IMG/VR virus record: IMGVR_UViG_3300022555_000029 | Length of the DNA: 64,000 nt | Source: an uncultured virus (IMG/VR IMGVR_UViG_3300022555_000029) | Taxonomy: Duplodnaviria; Heunggongvirae; Uroviricota; Caudoviricetes | Direction: 5' to 3' (one strand) | Shown here: positions 19,413 through 29,190 of the stretch, piece after piece | Layout: each line of letters begins with the position of its first letter | Position numbering within the stretch: the stretch's first letter is position 1 | Notes under the pieces: model-generated | Told to the model about the DNA's origin: nothing | The model's database searches: none | The model's input: the letters and a program-made list of their open reading frames with translations, nothing else | Program-made: the position numbers and the translations under genes

Positions 19413-20335
19413 AATTAATCTTTGGGGCGCCAGCAAGCTACGAACGATACTGTACGCTACCAAACAATCCTGTAATTAATCTTTTAGGTACTCAGATTGA
19501 TAAAAACCAGATTGAATGCCTAGAGCGATTAGCAATAAAAAGACCTAAAGAATTATTCGTGATGATAGATAGTGGTGCCTTCAGTGTTTGGAGTTCAGGA
19601 AAGACGATGACTAAAGAGGCACTACTACCACGAATACGAGAGATAAAAAGTTTACTTGAACCTCTAGTTAAAGAAGTACACTTTGTAGGTCTAGATATAA
19701 TTCCTGGGACAAAAACTCGAAAGCCTACTGCTTTAGAAAGAGTTGAGGCAGCTGAGGAAGGCTGGAAAAATTATCTATGGTTTAAGCAACAAGGTGTAGA
19801 GAATTTAATTCATGTATATCACCAATACGAACCACTTTGGGTATTACAAAGAATGCTTGATAATGGTTGTAAGTATATAGGAATTTCTCCTGATAACTTA
19901 TCGCCAGTGCGGCTAAGATGGCTCGAGCATGTGTTCAAATACATTCCTGAAAAAGAGGTAAAAACTCATGGATTTGGAGTTACTTCCTATGAACTAGTCC
20001 AGAAAATTCCTTGGTATTCTGTAGACTCAATATCATATGCACTTACAGCTGCTTATGGTTTTATTTGTGTATTTTACCCACCATTGTTTGGGGCAAAATT
20101 ACAGTTGATAAAATGTTCGGAGAGAAGTAAGAAAAAGTTTCCGATAGAACTTGAGCATAGGATTGAGCAGTATCTCGAATCTCTTGGTCCTGAGTATACG
20201 TTTGAAGCTATAGCAAAAAGCTCCGAGTTAAGAGTAAACATATGTATACTTGCTTACTTAAATCTAGAAAAGTATTGCAATGAAAATCCACCTACGATGA
20301 ACTATAAAAAACAATCATCAGTATTTGACTTCTAA
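19409..20335 (+). CDS. dpdA: DpdA-like DNA 7-deazaguanine transglycosylase (TGT fold)
   Basis: MIDSGAFS, LDIIP, HVYH, THGFG, PWYSVDS; located between queF and the DNA polymerase. Confidence 0.8.
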   Translation: MKLIFGAPASYERYCTLPNNPVINLLGTQIDKNQIECLERLAIKRPKELFVMIDSGAFSVWSSGKTMTKEALLPRIREIKSLLEPLVKEVHFVGLDIIPGTKTRKPTALERVEAAEEGWKNYLWFKQQGVENLIHVYHQYEPLWVLQRMLDNGCKYIGISPDNLSPVRLRWLEHVFKYIPEKEVKTHGFGVTSYELVQKIPWYSVDSISYALTAAYGFICVFYPPLFGAKLQLIKCSERSKKKFPIELEHRIEQYLESLGPEYTFEAIAKSSELRVNICILAYLNLEKYCNENPPTMNYKKQSSVFDF

Positions 20336-22696
20336 ATGAATATATCTGATTGCATAAAAATTTCTGTAGATAACACAGCTAAGAAGGCAGCTTGCCAGAA
20401 GTGTTGCTACAAGGATAGAACATTTGTGAAATCATTTATTGTGACTTCGAATGTAATGATAATAGGAGAAGCTCCAGGGCAAGTAGAGGCTACAGCTGGT
20501 AGCCCATTTCAAGGTCAAAGTGGTCAACTCCTTAGAAAAACATTGCGTGAAGCAGGGTTCAATGATACAGAGATATCTTATGTAAATACAGTATCTTGCC
20601 ATCCTCCTAACAACGAGATGCCTCAAAAAGATGCTTTAGATAATTGTCCTAAGTTATTCTTACATCCTATTGTTGAGAATATTAAGCCGAAATTAGTTAT
20701 CTTAGCTGGGTCTGTTGCTCTTAATGCTTTCTTTCCTGGTGATAAAATAACTGAGAAAAGGGGAGGCTTACAATCAAAAAATGGTACTACTTATTTACCT
20801 GTTTTTCATCCAGCATACTGTTTAAGAAATCCAAGTTCTACTATACTTCTGAAGAAAGATTTAGAGAAAGCAAAATCGTTTATGAATGGGAGTTTAAGTA
20901 CTAAAAAAGAGTATACGATACTTAAAACTGTAGCTGATTTTGATAAATGTTTAGAAGAGATACTTTTGAGCGAAATTATTTCAGTAGATATAGAAACTAA
21001 CGGAACACTAGACCCGTTAAAAGAAGACGCTAAAATCTGGACAATAGCTTTTGGGTACGACCAGAAAAAGGCAGTTTGTATTCCTTTAGACCACCCTGAA
21101 AGTGAGAATATAGAGTTTAGAGAGAAAGCTCATAAAGTAGTAGAAAAGATTTTAAGGTCTCATATTCCGAAAGTATTTCATAACTGCGCTTTTGATTTGA
21201 AATTTCTAAAGAAGTTTGGTTACAAGGTTCATGGTAAGATACATGACACAATGGTTATGGCATACTTACTAGACGAAAACAAACATTCATATTCACTTAA
21301 AATCTTAGCTTCTGAATTTCTAGATGGATACGATACAAGTTTTAGTAAAAATCTTGATGAGCTAGGTATCTACAACTGTGCCGACGCTGATAATACATTA
21401 CGATTGTATAATCTGTTTAGTGTAGAGTTACATAAAGTTAGAAAGTTATTCAAATTGTACGAAGAGATTTTAATACCAATGTGTAAAGTTATCTCAGACA
21501 TGGAACTCATAGGTATTTTAGTAGATGTTCCTTACTTGGAAAAACTGACAAAGATATACAAAAATAAAATCGATTCAATCATGGAGACAATACATAAAGA
21601 GTTTCCTGAGGCGATAAATGTAGATTTGAATTCTCCAAAGCAATTGGGCGTATTACTCTTCAATACGTTAAAATACACTTCTGAGAAACAAACGAAAACT
21701 GGGCAAAGGAGTGTAGATAGCGAGGTATTAGAAAAACTAGCTGAAAAGGGTAATTCGTTTGCTAAGTATCTTCTACGGTTACGAAGCTTCGAAAAGTTGC
21801 TTTCTACTTACATTAAAAATATTCCTGAATTGGTAAAATCTGATGGTAGGATACATGGGGGTTTTCATATTACTGGAACTAGGAGTGGGAGGTTATCGTC
21901 ATCGAATCCGAATATGCAAAACATTCCTAGAAACAAAGATATTAAGAAAATGTTTATTGCTAAGCCTGGATTCAAAATAATCAACGTAGATGCTAGTCAA
22001 GCTGAGTTAAGAGTAGGTGGTTCCATTGCTAATGAGCGCAATATGATAAAGGCCTATAATGAAGGTGCAGATATACATAGCTTGACGGCTTCCAAGGTAT
22101 TGAATAAAGATATCAGTAAAGTAACTGCTGACGATAGGCAAAAAGCTAAAGGCGTCAATTTTGGTTTCTTATATGGTTCATCTGCTGAAGGCTTTAAAGG
22201 TTATGCAGAATCTACTTATGGGCTTAAGTTAAGTTTAGAGGAATGTAACAAGTTTCGAAGAAGATATTTTGAATCATATCCTGACTTATTGTCTTGGTAT
22301 CGCAGAGTAGAAGATAGTATAAGAAAAAATGGCTTTGTAGAGTATCCAGATGGTCGATTTGCTAGATTTCCGAATACGATAGGGCTTAGGGAGATTCCAA
22401 GTGAAATAATACGAAAAGGAATTAATTATCCAGTTCAAGGAGGTTCAAGTGATATAATCTTATTTACGATGGTGAAGTTACAAGAGTTAATCAAAAAGCA
22501 TAATCTACATGCTGACATAATTGTAACTGTCCATGACAGCATAGTTTTAGAATGTCAAGAAGCTGAAGTACAGACAGTTACAGACTTAATAAGTCTAATT
22601 AGCAAGGAAGAGATTCCAAAACAGTTCTCATGGCTGAAAGTACCTATGCTGTTCGATTATGCTTCAGGATACAATTGGGGCGAATTACAAAAATAA
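20336..22696 (+). CDS. Family A DNA polymerase with N-terminal uracil-DNA-glycosylase-like domain and 3'-5' exonuclease
   Basis: GEAPG...HPAY (UDG family 4-like); DIET, HN..FD, YN..D (exonuclease); GRLSS.NPNMQN, DASQAELR, R..AK..NFG..YG, VHDS. Confidence 0.95.
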   Translation: MNISDCIKISVDNTAKKAACQKCCYKDRTFVKSFIVTSNVMIIGEAPGQVEATAGSPFQGQSGQLLRKTLREAGFNDTEISYVNTVSCHPPNNEMPQKDALDNCPKLFLHPIVENIKPKLVILAGSVALNAFFPGDKITEKRGGLQSKNGTTYLPVFHPAYCLRNPSSTILLKKDLEKAKSFMNGSLSTKKEYTILKTVADFDKCLEEILLSEIISVDIETNGTLDPLKEDAKIWTIAFGYDQKKAVCIPLDHPESENIEFREKAHKVVEKILRSHIPKVFHNCAFDLKFLKKFGYKVHGKIHDTMVMAYLLDENKHSYSLKILASEFLDGYDTSFSKNLDELGIYNCADADNTLRLYNLFSVELHKVRKLFKLYEEILIPMCKVISDMELIGILVDVPYLEKLTKIYKNKIDSIMETIHKEFPEAINVDLNSPKQLGVLLFNTLKYTSEKQTKTGQRSVDSEVLEKLAEKGNSFAKYLLRLRSFEKLLSTYIKNIPELVKSDGRIHGGFHITGTRSGRLSSSNPNMQNIPRNKDIKKMFIAKPGFKIINVDASQAELRVGGSIANERNMIKAYNEGADIHSLTASKVLNKDISKVTADDRQKAKGVNFGFLYGSSAEGFKGYAESTYGLKLSLEECNKFRRRYFESYPDLLSWYRRVEDSIRKNGFVEYPDGRFARFPNTIGLREIPSEIIRKGINYPVQGGSSDIILFTMVKLQELIKKHNLHADIIVTVHDSIVLECQEAEVQTVTDLISLISKEEIPKQFSWLKVPMLFDYASGYNWGELQK

Positions 22697-22697
22697 A

Positions 22698-22742
22698 TGA
22701 ACTATTTTAAAAGAAAAGTCATTCTATTTACTAGTATATAAT
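22698..22742 (+). promoter_or_regulatory. Repeated phage promoter motif, copy 4
   Basis: TGAACTATTTTAAAAGAAAAGTCATTCTATTTACTAGTATATAAT upstream of the UvsY-like gene. Confidence 0.8.
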
Positions 22743-22755
22743 AGGGGGTATAAAA

Positions 22756-23235
22756 ATGGATTACGGAATGGAATTAGATTTGAAGGTTACTGATAAAGTC
22801 TTTAAAGGAAACATACATGATGTTGTTAAAATAAACGAAGCTGCTCTTACTGATGAGTTTACAAAACAACCTAGTGTATATGCTTGGTTTGCTGCTCTTT
22901 CTGAAATTGCAGCAGCTCAAGTTGAGAGGATAAAGTTTGACTTATCCGTAACAAGAGCTAAGTTAGATTCTATAAAGAGAGCAGAGTTGGCTGCCGAAGG
23001 TAAAAAGATTACAGAGTCAATGGTCGAAGCTGCGATAATTACGGACGGTAAAATAATGGCTTTAACAGAAGAGTTAATTGACGGAGGGAGGCAATTAGGA
23101 ATTTTAAAAGCTATTGTGCGTGCGTTAGACCAGAGAAAAGATATGTTAATTCAGCTAGGGTCAACGAAAAGGCAAGAAATGGTTTTAGGGGATTTTGGGG
23201 TTAATTTAACAAAAGTTAAAGAGAATAACAGCTAA
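22756..23235 (+). CDS. UvsY-like recombination mediator
   Basis: Helical; KITESMVEAAI...ALDQRKDML; precedes SSB and RecA. Confidence 0.65.
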   Translation: MDYGMELDLKVTDKVFKGNIHDVVKINEAALTDEFTKQPSVYAWFAALSEIAAAQVERIKFDLSVTRAKLDSIKRAELAAEGKKITESMVEAAIITDGKIMALTEELIDGGRQLGILKAIVRALDQRKDMLIQLGSTKRQEMVLGDFGVNLTKVKENNS

Positions 23236-23249
23236 AGGAGGATGAAGAA

Positions 23250-24110
23250 ATGGCTATTGATGTAAGTAAGTTAAAAGAAAAGTTTGATAAAAAGACATCG
23301 GAGAGGACCGATAGATTCAATCTACAAGATGGGGATAACTATCTTCGCATACTTCCACCTTCAATTGAATATTTCAGCGGAGATATTGATTACATTTCTT
23401 TCGAATATCTAACCCATTTCAATCTTGGAGTTGAGGGTGATAGAAAAGCAGAAGTTTGCCCAAAGTCTAATGGTAAAGCTCATAAATGCCCTATCTGCGA
23501 AGCTGTGTACAAGCTTTACAAAAACAATACTCCTGAAGATAAAGAGATGGCAAGTAGCTTACGTGCAAAGACACGATTTATCTTCAACGTACTTGACTTA
23601 AATGCTGTTGATAAAGGAGTTCAAGTTTTAGAGGTAGGCCCGAAAATCTATGAGTATATCATAACATTTCTTGCTAATACGAAATGGGGAGATTTACTTG
23701 ATTTAGATAAGGGTAGAAATTTTACGATTACTAAAACTGCTGCAAAGGAAACTTCGAGCGGGTATGTTGAGTATAGTGTAACACCTGACCCTGACATGAC
23801 TTCGATTAGGGAAAAATTACCGAAGAACTACAAGGAACTTATTGCTGCATTGAAAAAACAAGTTCCTGTTCCTAAAACATATGAGGAGTTAAAAGCTATC
23901 CTCGAAGGCGAAGAGGTAGAAGAAAAGAAAAGCGTAACAAAAGAAGAAACTTCTCATACAGCCCAAGAGCCTGTAGTTGAAGAGAAAAAACCGCCGAAAC
24001 CAGCTGGAGAAAAACCTGCCTGCTTTGGTGAGGAATATGGCCCGAAAGCTGATAAGTGTGTAAAATGTGGCGTTAAAGACGATTGCCGCAAAAAATTCTT
24101 GGAGCTATAA
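23250..24110 (+). CDS. gp32-like single-stranded DNA-binding protein
   Basis: LRILPP, H...CP...CPICE, D.DKGRNF.I.K; C-terminal CFG...C..C....C. Confidence 0.8.
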   Translation: MAIDVSKLKEKFDKKTSERTDRFNLQDGDNYLRILPPSIEYFSGDIDYISFEYLTHFNLGVEGDRKAEVCPKSNGKAHKCPICEAVYKLYKNNTPEDKEMASSLRAKTRFIFNVLDLNAVDKGVQVLEVGPKIYEYIITFLANTKWGDLLDLDKGRNFTITKTAAKETSSGYVEYSVTPDPDMTSIREKLPKNYKELIAALKKQVPVPKTYEELKAILEGEEVEEKKSVTKEETSHTAQEPVVEEKKPPKPAGEKPACFGEEYGPKADKCVKCGVKDDCRKKFLEL

Positions 24111-24111
24111 A

Positions 24112-25119
24112 ATGCCTATAAAAGATATAATTGATGAAATTGTTCGAAGTACCGAAGGAGTAGAAACAGGTCAAAAAACTCATGTTGATTCTTGGGTAAG
24201 TACGGGCAATTATGCTTTGAATCATATTATATCTGGCGATTTCAATAAAGGCCTGCCACTTGGGAGGGTTGTTGATATATTTGGTGACCCTTCTACTGGC
24301 AAGTCTTTATTGATGTATCATGTGCTTGCCAACGTTCAAAAACTAGGTGGTATTGCTATCCTAGATGACACAGAAGATGCTTACATGAAAGAGTTTGGGG
24401 ATAAAATCGGAATCAATAACGATGAACTGATTCGATTGAATTCACTAACAGTTGAAGAGCATTTTGAAAAGGTATTTCTTGGGTATAAAGACTCAGCGGG
24501 TAAAAAGAAAAAATCTATTGTAAATGCTATTCTAGACACCACACCTGAATGTCCAATTGTGGTAGCATTAGATAGTTTGGCTTTACTGTCAACTAGGCAT
24601 GAGCAAGAAGTGAAGTTTGAAAGGCCTGATATGATAAAGGCTAAACAAATTCGTGCAGGATTGCGTATGTCTTCTTTTACGATGAGGCAAGGTAAAATTC
24701 TGCATATGATAAGTAATCACGTAATAGCAAAGATGGGGGTGCTATACGGACCTCAGACTACTACTCCTGGTGGCTCTGGGGTCCCGTTTCAGGCTTCTGT
24801 TCGTTTGGAACTATCTAAAGGTAAAAAACTTGAGCAGAAGTTAGAAGGTGAAATTGAAGGGGGTGAAAATGCTAACATAATAGGCATTGAGTGCAATGTC
24901 TATGTAACAAAGAATAAAGTTGCAGCTCCGTTTAAACGTGCATCTTTAGAGATTTACTTCGATAGAGGTGTTGATGTGAATAGCGGGTTGCTAAATGTTC
25001 TTGTAAGTAATGGAGTTATTAAAAAAGGGACAGCTGGCTACTATATTTTTGGGGAAGAAAAATTTAGAGCGAGTAAATTCCCAGAATTTATTGAAGCTCA
25101 CCGTAGTTTAGTCGGTTAA
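24112..25119 (+). CDS. RecA/UvsX recombinase
   Basis: STG...LN, GLPLGR, GDPSTGKS, DSLA, TPGG.G..F.ASVRL, KNKVAAPF. Confidence 0.95.
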   Translation: MPIKDIIDEIVRSTEGVETGQKTHVDSWVSTGNYALNHIISGDFNKGLPLGRVVDIFGDPSTGKSLLMYHVLANVQKLGGIAILDDTEDAYMKEFGDKIGINNDELIRLNSLTVEEHFEKVFLGYKDSAGKKKKSIVNAILDTTPECPIVVALDSLALLSTRHEQEVKFERPDMIKAKQIRAGLRMSSFTMRQGKILHMISNHVIAKMGVLYGPQTTTPGGSGVPFQASVRLELSKGKKLEQKLEGEIEGGENANIIGIECNVYVTKNKVAAPFKRASLEIYFDRGVDVNSGLLNVLVSNGVIKKGTAGYYIFGEEKFRASKFPEFIEAHRSLVG

Positions 25120-25174
25120 TAAAATATATTAAGAAAACATATCGTAGTTTTTACTGATATTAAAAAAAAATATC

Positions 25175-25202
25175 TTGATTTTTTTAATTTTTACTTTACA
25201 AT
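25175..25202 (+). promoter_or_regulatory. Sigma70-like promoter
   Basis: TTGATT-16 bp-TACAAT in an AT-rich gap. Confidence 0.45.
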
Positions 25203-25246
25203 AAAAGAGTATTCATCCCCATCTTTATAAATTACAGGAGTAGTTA

Positions 25247-25765
25247 ATGAGTTCAAGAATTTATCCCCGCGAATTCCCACTATCCTACAAGTGGAGAGGG
25301 CTGATAAGTAAACTATCCTACCAAAATAACATTCCAATAGAAGAAAGTCAACAAGAAGCATTAATAGTAGAATGGGAAGTCACAAGTAAAATTCAAGATT
25401 TAGCTTACAGAGAAAATTACTTCAAAAAAGTTTTATTTCGTAGGCTAGTTAATTATCATAACAATCTTTGGGAACGTAGGAAGATAAACTTAAGAGTTGG
25501 TGAAGATGGTGAAGTAGATTTAGATAATATAATCTGTGTTAGACCTTTTGATTTGATTTTCTTTACAGACCTTACAGAACATGTATCTCAGATGTTAATG
25601 CAGTTTGATTTGACAGCATCTGAGATATTTCTTTTGCGGGTAAAAGAAGAGATGCGTTGGCAGAAAATCAAAGAAATCAAATACTTTAACATGGCACATA
25701 ACTTGTTTTATGGAAAAGTAAAGCTAATAAAAGACGTAGTAAAGCAAGAATTAGTAAATGCATAA
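25247..25765 (+). CDS. Possible divergent sigma-factor-like regulator
   Basis: EE..QEA....W / YF.....R.L.N (region 2-like); EIFLLR....W..I (region 4-like). Confidence 0.45.
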   Translation: MSSRIYPREFPLSYKWRGLISKLSYQNNIPIEESQQEALIVEWEVTSKIQDLAYRENYFKKVLFRRLVNYHNNLWERRKINLRVGEDGEVDLDNIICVRPFDLIFFTDLTEHVSQMLMQFDLTASEIFLLRVKEEMRWQKIKEIKYFNMAHNLFYGKVKLIKDVVKQELVNA

Positions 25766-25783
25766 TATAGACCAGGAGCTTAA

Positions 25784-28609
25784 GTGAAAGGTGCACTTCT
25801 TACAGACACACACTTCTTCAACTGGAAGACATTTCAGGGTTCAGAAGAATCAATTGCCAAAAATGGAATTTCAAAACGACTACTTGAGCAGAAAACTACT
25901 GTTCTCCAAGCAGTCCGTATTGCTAATGAGCGAAAAGTAGACTTCTTTGCTCATGCTGGTGATTGGATACATTCAGTAGGATACTCACAAAATGAAGCCT
26001 TAAATGTAGCGAAGTCCATAGTTGAAGAAATGAAAGCTCCTTTGCTTTCTGCTGATGGAAATCATGATACCCCGATTAGAATCAATCCGAAATCTGCTAA
26101 CCTGATTACTAATATCATAAGAACTTTTTCATACGAGCCCCTTGAGTCCTACAAGGGAATTAAAATAGTCAACTACTACGATGCTGTTGATTATGATGCT
26201 ATAAAGGGATATAAAGCAGTAATCTTACATAAAACTCCGCTTGGGGCTTTAACTGGAAATTACACTTTTGATGAAGGTGTTGATTGGAAAACCCTAGCAA
26301 AAAACAATGATTTAGTATTCTTTGGGCACATACATCAGAGGCAACAACTTGGAGAAAACTGCTATGTAATTGGTTCTCCATATCATCTAAATTTTGGTGA
26401 TGTTGGAGATAGAGGATTCTATATTGTAGATTTTGATACAAAAGAAGTAGAGTTTATCAAACTAGATTATCCTGAATTTATAACTGTTGCTCATCCAGCC
26501 CAAGTTGTTCCAAATGATGGAAATTATTACAGAGTACTACATAGTAAGGAAAAAGTTGAGGGAGAGAATGTTGTCTCAGTAGTAATCCCAGAGTTTTTTG
26601 AGGAGAGGATAAAGACAAGTGATTTCAATAGTATTTTGAATGAATGGTTAAAATTAAATGGTAAAGATACTACCTACTTGGAAATGATTAAAGAGATAAT
26701 CTCAGAGAAGCTCGTACTTACTCGAGATGTTTTCAAAGGTAGATTAGTTGAAGTAGAGATAAAAGACTTCATATCTGTCGGGCAAGTTAAGTATAAAGTA
26801 GAAGATGGTTTTACTTTAATCACTGGTGACAGCGAAGGATTTAGTAGCAATGGCAGTGGAAAAAGTACGATTGCAGGCGAATCTATCTTGTGGTGCTTGT
26901 TTGGAGAAACTACTAAAGGTCTTACTGGAGATGATGTAATTAGAAGGGGGCAAAAAGATTGCTGTGTTACTCTTACCTTAGTAGATAAAAAAGGTATGTA
27001 TCTGATTAAGAGGAGTAGAAAGAATGGTTTAGAAATAATACTTCCTGATGAAGAAAATATTACACAAGGAGCACGGCAAGCAGACAGGCAGGAGACTTTA
27101 GAAAGGCAGATTTTAGGATTTACTAAACTAGTATTTCAAGCCTCCTGCTACTTCAGTCAAGAAAATCTATTGATGCTTACAGGATTGTCGGATACAGAAA
27201 AAACAAGCATGATAACTGATTTGTTAGGCTTTGAAGCCTACGATGATTTATATGAAAAGGTGTGTGCTAAAGTAAAATCTTTTGAGAATGATATAGCGAA
27301 GAATCAAACCGAGCTTGTAAGTTTAGATAGAGAAATGGCTGTAAATAGAAATAGTTTTGATATGACTACTAATCAAATTAAAGAGTTAGAAGATAAAATA
27401 GATAGTGATGTAGATAGAGTGGGTGAGTTACGCAAAGTTGAGGGAATTGATAAAGACTATGCTGCTGAAGAAAAAAAGCTTGCTGATGAAGAGTTAGAAT
27501 ATCATAATGTTCTAGATAGAATGGAAGAAAAACTAGAAGTTATTGATGAAGAGCGCAGAGATTTAGAGCATGCACAATCGGAATTATCATTCAAGACAAA
27601 AAGTCTTAAAAATCAAGTACCAGTATTGAACAAAGAGATTGAACAGCTTAATACTTTACGATATGGCGAAAAATGCGATAAATGCGGTGCTGTTATCACC
27701 CAGCAAAGTGCTGATGTATTCATTTTAGAAAAAGAGGGTAAGATAACTGATTGTGTTCGTGAAATAGTAGAGTTAGATAAACAAACAGCAGATATTACCA
27801 GTAAGATAGATGATATCAATAAGAAGGGTGCCGAGTTTGTATCAAAGAAAATCATTGCTACAAATTCTATAAATATGATTAGGGCGAGTTCAAAAAAGTT
27901 GGCTGATGAAAAAGAACAACTCACTAAGACTACAGTAGCTTTGAATATGTACATAACTCAGATTGAAGGGAATCAAAAGAGACTGCGGGTACTGAAGGAT
28001 AAGATAGAGCAGTGTATGTCTGATTATACGGGTATAGAAACTGCGATAAAAGAAGCTAACTGGAAAATCAAGGTAGTAAATCGTAGTCTTGAAATATTAG
28101 ACTTTTGGAGGATAGCATTTTCAACTAAAGGTATTCGTTCTGTACTTCTGGATAAATTCTGTAATGAAATCAACTCTTTTGTAAACCAATGCTTGTCATC
28201 TATTAGTAGTGGAAACATGAGTGTAATTGTAAGACCTACTAAAACTACAAAATCTGGTGAAGAACGAAATAAAATAGGTATAGATGTTCTATTAGATACT
28301 CAAGTTGTTAAGTATGAAAGCCTATCAGGCGGAGAAAAGAGAAGAGTTGATATAAGTTTAATCTTTGGACTGAACTATTGGATTACATCGATGTTTGGAT
28401 TAAAAACTAGTCTTTTAGGTATTATGGTTTTAGATGAAGTACTAGGTGGATTAGACGCCTCAGGTTTTGAAACAGTGGCTAATCTATTATACAATGAAGG
28501 AAAAACTAAAGCAGTAGTAGTAATAGACCATTCAACAGATTTAGGGTCGTATACGAATAAAATCTGGACCGTAGTTAAGCGTAATGGAATTTCGCAGCTG
28601 AACCAGTAA
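25784..28609 (+). CDS. Fused Mre11(SbcD)-Rad50(SbcC) nuclease/ATPase
   Basis: TDTH, AGD, GNHD, GHIH (phosphoesterase); NGSGKST, CDKC zinc hook, LSGGEKRR, LDE, IDH. Confidence 0.92.
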   Translation: MKGALLTDTHFFNWKTFQGSEESIAKNGISKRLLEQKTTVLQAVRIANERKVDFFAHAGDWIHSVGYSQNEALNVAKSIVEEMKAPLLSADGNHDTPIRINPKSANLITNIIRTFSYEPLESYKGIKIVNYYDAVDYDAIKGYKAVILHKTPLGALTGNYTFDEGVDWKTLAKNNDLVFFGHIHQRQQLGENCYVIGSPYHLNFGDVGDRGFYIVDFDTKEVEFIKLDYPEFITVAHPAQVVPNDGNYYRVLHSKEKVEGENVVSVVIPEFFEERIKTSDFNSILNEWLKLNGKDTTYLEMIKEIISEKLVLTRDVFKGRLVEVEIKDFISVGQVKYKVEDGFTLITGDSEGFSSNGSGKSTIAGESILWCLFGETTKGLTGDDVIRRGQKDCCVTLTLVDKKGMYLIKRSRKNGLEIILPDEENITQGARQADRQETLERQILGFTKLVFQASCYFSQENLLMLTGLSDTEKTSMITDLLGFEAYDDLYEKVCAKVKSFENDIAKNQTELVSLDREMAVNRNSFDMTTNQIKELEDKIDSDVDRVGELRKVEGIDKDYAAEEKKLADEELEYHNVLDRMEEKLEVIDEERRDLEHAQSELSFKTKSLKNQVPVLNKEIEQLNTLRYGEKCDKCGAVITQQSADVFILEKEGKITDCVREIVELDKQTADITSKIDDINKKGAEFVSKKIIATNSINMIRASSKKLADEKEQLTKTTVALNMYITQIEGNQKRLRVLKDKIEQCMSDYTGIETAIKEANWKIKVVNRSLEILDFWRIAFSTKGIRSVLLDKFCNEINSFVNQCLSSISSGNMSVIVRPTKTTKSGEERNKIGIDVLLDTQVVKYESLSGGEKRRVDISLIFGLNYWITSMFGLKTSLLGIMVLDEVLGGLDASGFETVANLLYNEGKTKAVVVIDHSTDLGSYTNKIWTVVKRNGISQLNQ

Positions 28610-28619
28610 GGAGAATTAA

Positions 28620-29189
28620 ATGGAAGTTAAGGAAGATATTCTAAATTTGTTAGGTCTGGTAAAGCGAGAAGGTATGCCAGCTCTTATAACTTACTTAAAG
28701 GAGAGTGATTTTTTTACTGCTCCTTGCAGTACGCAATTTCATTTAGCTTGCGAAGGCGGTTTAGCTAAACATAGTCTCAATGTATACGATTTACTTACTG
28801 AAAAAGTAAAGAGGTATTCTCTTGGTACTCCTGAAGATTCTATCGTGATTTGTGGTTTACTACACGATTTATGCAAAACGAATTATTATGTTAGAGGAAA
28901 AAGAAATGTTAAAGAAAATGGTAAGTGGAGTGAAAAGGAGATTTGGGAAGTTAAAGACCAGTTTCCTTTAGGTCATGGAGAAAAATCGGTAATTTTAGCT
29001 CAAAATTTTATACATTTAACAATTGATGAGCAATTAGCTATTCGTTGGCATATGGTAGCGTTTGACGCAGGGATACATTTTAACTACCCAAGTGGTTATG
29101 CTTTTAGGGAAGCAAGTAAAAATCCGTTAGTGGTTGCGTTGTTTACAGCGGATTATGAAGCAAGTAAAATTCTAGAGGGAGAGGAGTAA
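28620..29189 (+). CDS. HD-domain phosphohydrolase
   Basis: APCS..FH....GGL..HS, LLHDLCK, GHGEKS, IRWHM, AD. Confidence 0.88.
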   Translation: MEVKEDILNLLGLVKREGMPALITYLKESDFFTAPCSTQFHLACEGGLAKHSLNVYDLLTEKVKRYSLGTPEDSIVICGLLHDLCKTNYYVRGKRNVKENGKWSEKEIWEVKDQFPLGHGEKSVILAQNFIHLTIDEQLAIRWHMVAFDAGIHFNYPSGYAFREASKNPLVVALFTADYEASKILEGEE

Positions 29190-29190
29190 A

